Shown piece after piece: positions 45,155-54,100 of a stretch of DNA of 55,806 bases. How positions within the stretch are numbered: position 1 is the first letter of the stretch; every line of letters begins with the position of its first letter. A program made the translations under genes and the position numbers. The stretch is from Candidatus Cryptobacteroides sp. (lineage in GTDB: Bacteria > Bacteroidota > Bacteroidia > Bacteroidales > UBA932), in the NCBI GenBank assembly GCA_045600345.1, contig JAZRXU010000056.1:1-55806 (forward strand), in the 5' to 3' direction. Under the pieces are notes generated by a model. It had not been told where the DNA came from, did not search any database, and worked only from the letters and a program-made list of their open reading frames with translations.

Positions 45155-48100
45155 ATGGAAGATACAAGATATATAATAAAGTTGTCTGATTCGGATCAGG
45201 GACATGCTCTGTCAGCAGAAGCATTCGAGAAAGGTAAGGAGCAGTTCTTTAAGGAAAACCCCAAAGCCATTGTTCTTGAGGAGAGGGATTACTCTCCTCA
45301 GGACGCCATTGATGCCAATGACGTTTTCCGATTCGACATCCCCGGAGTTGGCTCACGTGTGAGAGATGCTCAGGAGATGTCCAAGATGGATATGAATGCG
45401 TTCATGACGGCCTATCCGGACGCAAAGATTAGCCGAGTACGTCAGTACGACCCGTATCAGGCAGTGGTGCCGATGGAAGATATAGAACGCTTGAATCAAA
45501 TCAATGCAGGCCTGCAATATGAATCAGAGCGTCAGGCAAAAGCAACACAAGAGTACTTAGATATTGATGTATCCAACGTAGATTTTGAGGATCCGAATCT
45601 TTACAAAACTGCCCAGGGCCAGGAATATGCTGAGGCAGTGCAGAGATCATTTGGAGCCAAACTGGATGCCGAGATTAAGCTGAAGAACCTACAACAAGAG
45701 AAAGTCCAAAACCCTGCCTATCGTGCGCGAGTGGATTATGGAATAAAGCATGGTGATGAACTGCAGGCTCAGATAAAACAGGGTCTGCTTGACAGTCAGC
45801 AAGCGGGTTACAGCGCTCTGGAAGAGACGGCTAAGACGAATCCCGATTTGGCGATTATCCAGATGGGCGGCAATCTTTTCGGTCAGACCGACCTTTTGAC
45901 TGGCTTGCCTGTGGTTCAGAACACCCCCAGACAAATAGAAACCAACATTGCTGCGGCTGGTGGCCAGGGCGAGGACTACCTTAACTACAAAGCAGCTCAG
46001 AGTCTCGTAGAAGATACACAGAAAGTATTGCGTTCCGATAAGAAGGGCGAATACGAGGGTATGCCATTTTTTGGCAAGTTCTGGGCAGGCACCAAGAACT
46101 TCGGTCGTGGCGCAGAAGCAAAGCTGACAAGCGAAGCATTTTGGGATCCTTTTGCCGGCATGGAGAATGGCTTCCAGTTTATCAAACTGCGCGACAAGAT
46201 ACTTGGCATTACTGCTGAGATTGACAAGAACTTCAAGGATGTAGCCGCAGGCGATGCTGAGGTAGAGAAACTCCTCGATGAGAAACTCACTCCTTCGGAG
46301 AAAACATTGCTCGACGCATATCTTTTCTCTGCCGAGACTGCCGATATCGCCAGCGATGTCCACTGGTCTTTCAATGCAGGCCAGTCTGGTGCTGAGTCTG
46401 CCAAGATGGCTGTGGAATTCCTGCTGGCTGGCGGCGTTACCGGTGGTGCGAAATCTGCCGTACAGAAGGCACTCTATAAGAAGTTGGTCACCAGCTCGCT
46501 CTTCAAGGTAGCTCCGAAAGTGGTAAGGCCTCTGTCCAAAATGCTTGTTGCAGATCTTGGAGCAGCAGCGGCAGGTGTGATCCAGACGGCGGTATCACCT
46601 ACAGCAATGGCCAATGCTGTTAATGCGGCATCTCAGGTGGACTGGGAAACAGGTGACGCAGTAAATGGTGTAGAGGCTGCTCTCAAGTCTTATGGTAATG
46701 ACTTTATCGAGAATGCTACAGAGTTCGGCCTAGGTCCTACGAACAAACTACTGTCGGGCCTTGGCAAGACCAAGTTCGGCAAACTGTTCAGCTATACTCC
46801 CGGAGTAGGGGCGTTTATGAATAATGCTGGCATTCAGAATATCTTTGAGGAGTGGGGCGAGGAGCTCAACGGCGCTATTATAGACCGTATCCTTGGTAAT
46901 GAGAATGCCCTCAAGGACTTCTTCACAACAGACAATCAGCTTACGTTGCTTGCCTCCTTCGGTCCTACAATCGGCCCTGGTCTTGCTGTATCAGAAGGCC
47001 AGAAGGCCTACTATAATCTGTCATGGCATAGCAAGTGGAACTCATATAAGAAGACTCTCAAGGACTATAATGTCTCCGATAAGCAGATTGCGGCCCTGGA
47101 GAATTCCCTGTCGGGCAGCACTCCTGAAGAGCTGGCTTCACATTCATCGCCCATGGTGAAACAGTTGCTCCTGGACTTCGCGGGTAATACTGAGGTGCAG
47201 AGAGCAACTCTCGAACTGATTGATGCTAAGGCCAAGCAGCTGGCTGCCAATGGAAGCGAAGAGAATGACCTGGAGCAGCGCAAGACTGACGTGCTTAACC
47301 AGATGCAGGAACAGATGGGTGGCAAACAGTTCTACACAAATACTGCACACGACGTAAATGGTGAGAGCTATGACACCCAGTCGGTGGATGTCGTTGTGGA
47401 TAAAGAAGGCAACGAGACATTCATCGTCGGTGAATCTTCCGATCCTACGAAGATGATTACTCTTGATGCCAACGGTAAGATGGGCACTATCGATAAGGCG
47501 CAGCTCCGCCAGGATGGTGTGTATGACCTGGGCGAGAGCGATGATGCATTGCTGGGCACTCGCAGACAGATGAGACTCAGCGACTACCTGCGTCAGAAAG
47601 TCGTGGCAGGACTTCGCGCCAGTGAGCAGGCAAGGATCAATCAGCAGTACCAGCAGAATCTCTCTGCCCTCAAAGCATCCGCTACACTGAATTCCGAAGT
47701 TACTGTAGGCCCTGCTGAGGCTCAGCAGGTGGGCCATGTCGTAGCCACAAGCAGCGAAGGAGTTGTCGTACAGTTCGACGCTCCGGTACAGGTAGGGGAG
47801 AATACGGAGGTTGTGCATAATCTCACATGGCAGCAGTACGCTGATCTGACCGGTCAGCCTCTAGCTGTTGAAGGAGAAAATGACGAAGCATATAAGCAGG
47901 CTCACAAGCTGATGCGCTCCGAGGTGCGCCGCCGTAATGCCAATGCCACTATCCGTGGCCAGAAGATCAGCGACGGCCGCAATACCTATACTGTTGATGC
48001 GGTTATACGCAACGATCAGGTGTCAGGCCTGCAGGCAGATGAGATTGCAACAATAATTGCTCATGACGGTGTCGGCCGCAAGTCAGTGATGTTTGTGCCA

Positions 48101-51100
48101 TACGCTGACATTGAGCAACGCCAGCCGGCCCAGGAACAGGCTCCTATAGAAGAGACTGCAGACCTGGATGATGGCGTACAGCGCGACTTTCGCGGCAATC
48201 CTCTTCCACTGGACAGTACAGGTGCAGTGGATACAGAGAAACTATGGAACGATGATCCCGAGGCATGGGCACACTATGACGCCCAGCAGCGAGGTGACTT
48301 TGGCGCTTCGGCAGCACAGGGAATCGATGCAGCCATAGCCGCTACACAGCAGACCATGACCAAGGACAATGCAAGCCTTGCAACAATCCCTCCCGGAAAG
48401 CAGAGAGATGAAGTACAGGCGCGTGTACAGGCTGCGCAGAATCATATTAATGAGCTGAGGACTATCAAGAACCGTGTGGCCCACGACATGATAGATTTGC
48501 AACTTAAGGAAAAAACTTCTATTTTTGAACAGAGTTACGCGCAGGCGCAGACACTCGAGGAGAAGGTTGCAATAGCCAAGGAGTATGTCCAGCTGCTTGA
48601 AGGACTGACCGCCGAGGATATCGCTGCAGGTGCACAGATGTCCACCAGAATCGTGACACTGGACACTATCGAGCAGCAGTTTGTGGCAGACGGCGTTAGT
48701 GAGGAGGATGCGAGGTTTTATGCTGAGAATTTCAGACAGGATGCAACTATTGGTAATACTCATGATGGATTTGAATTCTTAGGACATTCATACCTGTTCC
48801 CAGAATTTATTCCGGACCTTGATACAATCCGCTCGAAGTTCGTGCACGAGAGGGACCATGCCGAGAGCAGGAAGGATGGAAGCGATGTGCTGGCTATTGC
48901 AAGCAGCGACATGACTCGCGAGCAGTTGGAGTTTGCAGTACGTTGTCTGTCTCATGGGACCTTCTATGATGGTATGTCTGCACGTAACCTGGCTGATGAG
49001 CTTGTGGCATACTCAATGGAGGTATGTTATAATGGTGTGGATGTAGAACCGATACTGCGTGCGGTCGGTGTAAGTGATACTGTAATCAATATAATTAAGA
49101 ATAGATATGCAAGACAATCAAACGACAAGCGTCTGGCTTCGGCAAAAAGGACCGAGCGGGGCAGTAGCGAGGATCTCTACTCGGCTTACGCCGGAGATAT
49201 CCTCCGTTATGCGGGAGCTCTCGAAGCAGAATCCGGAACTGTGGAAGGATCGCGAACTGGATCTGTGGCACGAGGCGCTCAGGATTCAGAAGGAACGTCA
49301 GGAGAAGGAAGCGGCACAGCAGCCGCAGCCTCAGGAGACTCAGCCGGAGCAGAGCCAGCCCAAGGAGTCGAGCCTGTACTCACGCCTGAAGAAAGCTCTC
49401 TTTCCGAACAAGTAAACAAATCTATTGGTACTGCGCAGAGCGGTGAGATGCAGATGGGCGCCTCAGATGAGGAAACCTCTGACATGCACCACTCTACGGT
49501 ATCAATCGCACAGGGAGCAGGCTTCACGGTCATCCCTGACAATGGCTCGGGCGATGTTGCCTTCGAGCTGAATGGTGTGCAGTACACTGCTTCCAAACCC
49601 ATCTCAGCCCAGACACTTCGCCAGGCTGAAAACACAGTCCTTAACTACCTCGTTGCCGACGCTCTCCGCGTAGGAACTGTTACTGAGGAGTCTGTCAGCA
49701 CAATCTATCAGCGCTACGCCGACATGCTTAACCGCTACCTGGAACTGGGTAAAGCGGCTAACGGCGGTGTGGATGCTTTGATGGATGACTTCCAGTGGCT
49801 TGGTGAGTCTGTCTACAAAACCGTTGCCAGCAACAGCGATGCGCAGTACTCAAAGAGTCTCGACATCACTCGTGTGTGCAAGAAGAATGAGGCGGTCATC
49901 AACGCCATAGCGGAGCTACAGCGCCGTCTGGGCTACGGTATCACTCCCGGCCAGGTGCTGGATATCTACTGGGCCACAAACGAGCTCGGCTACCAGGTTC
50001 CCTGTCCCGTATGCTACGTGTTCTCGCGCTATATCCGCAACGGACGCTATGCGACAATCATGATTAACGGCCAGCGCAAGTATGGTTCAAGGCTTGTGGA
50101 CCCTGCATCACTCACTCCTGCCCAGCAGAAACAGAAAGTCAAATACTGGCTCAATGAGCTGGCAAAGGTGGACCAGGAGAATAAGAAGCATAGCAAGGAA
50201 ATCGACAAGGCCAAGGCCGATATCACGAAGAATCTGCTGGAGATTGACGATATTGCTCGTTCGCTGCCATCTCTCAGTGACAAGCAGCTGAAGGCGGCCA
50301 AGAAAAAGATTCAGTCTCTTGATAAGAGATATCGTACAGCACTGGATGTTGTGAGCCAAGCGTCGCTCGACTCATGGATTACACAGTTCGCAATACACAA
50401 GACCAAGGATGGGTGGCAGCTCTATGACGATACCTACCAGGGATTCCCTGAAGAGGTGGCTCTCGATCTGAGGCAGACAGCCAAGGCTATTACGATGTAC
50501 CCTGCGGTGCAGCGCTTCCGTAAATCCCGTGGTGCAGCAGCTGGTAAGGCGATTACCTTCGCGGCAAACAATGACCTGGGCGAGGTGGCTCTTGACCTGG
50601 GCGGGATGGGAACCCCCAACTACTATAAGATGGCTGTTGAGGCCGAGGATGAGCAGAGCCGTCAGGGTTATCTGAAGGAGGCCTCGAAGAAGTTCGAGAA
50701 GGCCCACATCTATGCCCAGCAGCAGAGTCTGCGCGGAGGACAGCGTATGTGGTCATGGTCCGACAATATCGAGCGTCTGGCTCCCGACGTATTCGTCAAC
50801 CTGATGCAGTTGGAACTTCTTGGTGGTGCGCTGCAGAGCTACTCAAAACAGCTCGAGGGAATCAATCTCGTAGCACGTATGGGTGGATATGTAAACGGTT
50901 CACTCATGGGCGAGGGTATTGGCTATCGGGAGCTCTCTATCGATGAGGTGGAGTTCCAGGATGGCAAGCCCTACCACAAAGGCGGTGACTTCGTGTACGA
51001 TATCCCCAAGGAGGATGGCGTGATTGAGCGCAAGACAATGAAGGCTCCCGTATTCAAGGAGAATGGTAAATACTACACGCTCGTCTTCGACAAGGTCGTA

Positions 51101-54100
51101 GGTATCGACCCCTTCGGTGAACCTGCTGCTGATGGACATCACCTCAAAGGTCTCTTTGAACTCAATGCAACGCTGGACAAGGCTGGCAACATCCTTGTGG
51201 GTATGAATGATGTTCATGTGCGCACAGCCATGGCGGATGACCGCGTATTCTTCATCATTCCTTGGCACTCGTCTGGATCTAGCGTACATATCCTCAGGGC
51301 TATGCTTGGCTTCCTGGGTGTGAACCTCGACAACTTCAACCCTCAGGACTATACCAATGTTCAGGAGGAGAAGCACTTTACGGACAAGGTCCCTGAAGCT
51401 GTGATAGATTTCTGGGAAAAGCACAACTACCAGGACCAGTTCGCATGCGGTATTGAGGGTGGCATTGCCTCAGGCGAGAACGGCAGTCTCTCCGAGAGCC
51501 AGCTCCATTACCGTGAACTGCGTGCTGCCATATTCCGTGGTGAAGCTGCAGAGCACATGGATGAGATTATGGCCGATGCCTTCCTGTCTCAGGTGTACAG
51601 CAATGTACAGGCGATGGTTGACAACCAGCTGATGACCTCGGGAGACAACACTTACATATATCCTTATGAATACTGGGATGAGGAGTCTACATACCAGACT
51701 GCCGATGTGAATGCGGCCCGTTACATGGAGTACTGCCGCCGTATGGGATTCAAGCCCAAGTTCTGTGGTCTGCTCAACGGCAAGGCCGAAGGTGACTTCG
51801 GAAACTTCGTTGAGGATAAAGGCTACTGGAAACTGCTCATTGACCGCCGTATGTATGACGTGAACGGCAACTTCCAGGGCCTGACACCCGTTAGCTCGGA
51901 GGGATTCAATCCCGACCTGGTGGATCCTGCGAAGACTGCTCAGGAGTTCCATGTCACACTGGTGGCTGATGAAGCCGGCACACAGAAGATTACCGACAAG
52001 GTGATGGCCATCGAGGCGCAGCGAACCGGTTCAATCCCTATGGTGGATTACGATACCAACCTGCAGAAGGCTTTGGAGAAATTCGTCAAGGCTACTGCTG
52101 AGGATATGAAATTCTCCACTACGCCCCAGACCCGTGCCGAAGTGGATAGGATTGTTTCGGAATCATTCTTCAACGGTACATACATGAAAGCGCCCAACGG
52201 CGCACCTACACACCTCGACGCAGAGCAGTGGGCCATGGTTCGTACGCAGGCTTTCAAAGACTGGTTTGGTGATTGGGAGAATGACCCCGTGAACGCCTCT
52301 CGCATGCTGGATGAGAACGGCGAGCCCAAGGTGTTCTATCATGGAACTCCCAACAACTTCCAGATGTTCGACCCGGACTGGGGCACACTCGGCAACGAGC
52401 TTGGCCGCGGCGTATACTTCGCCAGCAGCAGGGCCCTGGCCGAGCAGTACACACGCGAGAACGGCGACAATACATATCTCGTTGACAGGTGGATAGACAA
52501 CTATCTCGAGGACCACGACATGCCTACAAACAGCGAGCAGTGGAAGGAACTTACAAAGATGGCCTCTGAGGAAGCGTTCCGCAATGCGCACGTTATTCCC
52601 GTGTTCCTTAATATCCGCTATCCCTATGATGTGACTCTGGATGATACTTCTAGCGAGAATCTTCCCGAGACTATCATGGGCAAGATGGAAGGCCATGACG
52701 GCGTGGTGGACAAGACCTTTGCCGGCAGGTATCCCAACTTTGTCCCGGAAGGGGACTACCAGGTGCTGGCCATTGACCCCGTGCAGATCAAGTCTGCAGT
52801 GGACCTCGATGGCGACTTCAGCAAGGTGGAGACGCCGAACATGCAGGAAATCGAGCGTCGGAGGCAAAAGACAGCTGGTGGAGACTTCCTTACCGATGAG
52901 GACTTTGATGAGGATATGATGTTCTCCGTATCGCGCAACACTCGCAATACCATCACCTCATGGGTGGAGAAGTACTGGAGCAAGGTGGCTCCTGCGCAGA
53001 TGGACGAGAGCACTCGTGAGCGCTGGGATGCAAATGTACGCAAGTCTGTGGAACTGGTCCTGGGTGAGGCTGACAAGTTTGCCGATGCTACCACTCAGCT
53101 AGCATACGCCAAGTGGTTCACCACCGGCTCCATCCGTACAAATGGTGAGGATGATCTCAAGGTTATCCAGGCTGTGAAGATGGCGAAGAACCACCGCATC
53201 GACCCGCTGTCATACAAGTCTCCCATGGAGATAATCAACCTGTGGGGTGATTCGTTCAAGGGTAAGCCTATAAATCCGGATGACGTGCCTACGCTTCACA
53301 AGGCCAATGAGCTTCCCGATGGTATTGTTGTATACGATGTTGATGACAGCGATCAGTCGCGCTACAATATGCGTCAGATCATCAACACTCATTACGGACC
53401 CGACTGCTCGCCCTGGTGCTTGCTTCAGGGTGATGGCAAGGGAAATCTGACGAGCGAGTCGAAGCGTTACAGGGAGCACTACAACGCTTATCCCAAGCAG
53501 GTGGCGTTCCGCAATGGAAAGCTTCTGGCATTCAGCGCTAACAGCAGAAGCGCTGTTGCCTGGTGGGATAGGCAGGATGAATCTCATGAAGGTATCCCTG
53601 TAGAGGGCCGTATCGCGAGAGATGCTCTCGGCCGCTCAGGTACCACAATCTATTATAACAATGGCAATGTAGGCTATTATAACATCCATAAGGGCAGCAA
53701 AGGCCCTAATGGACGTGTGGTGAAGTGGGCTTCGATAAACTCGCCATCCCCGGATTCTGTGATAACCTATGACCATGATGGGAACATTGAGTTCCTCCTG
53801 CGCCTCAGTAACGGAAGGCCTTGGCGATTAATTTATAAGAATACCGACGGCAAGTCAGAGATTCTGACATGGGAGGGAGACCAGCTTCAGTCCTGGGAAA
53901 TACCTGATAAGAGTGGACAGAGGCTGACCACATATAGCTGGAATGAGCATAATGGCCTTCCTGTTATGTATGAGGATAATGCCGAAGAGTCCGCCATCAC
54001 TATCATTTGGCGCTCCAATGGCAGTGTCGAGGAACTGCGTTACAGGAGACCTGGTAGCCAACGTTACGAGAAGTTCCATTTTGATTTGAATAACAATCTT

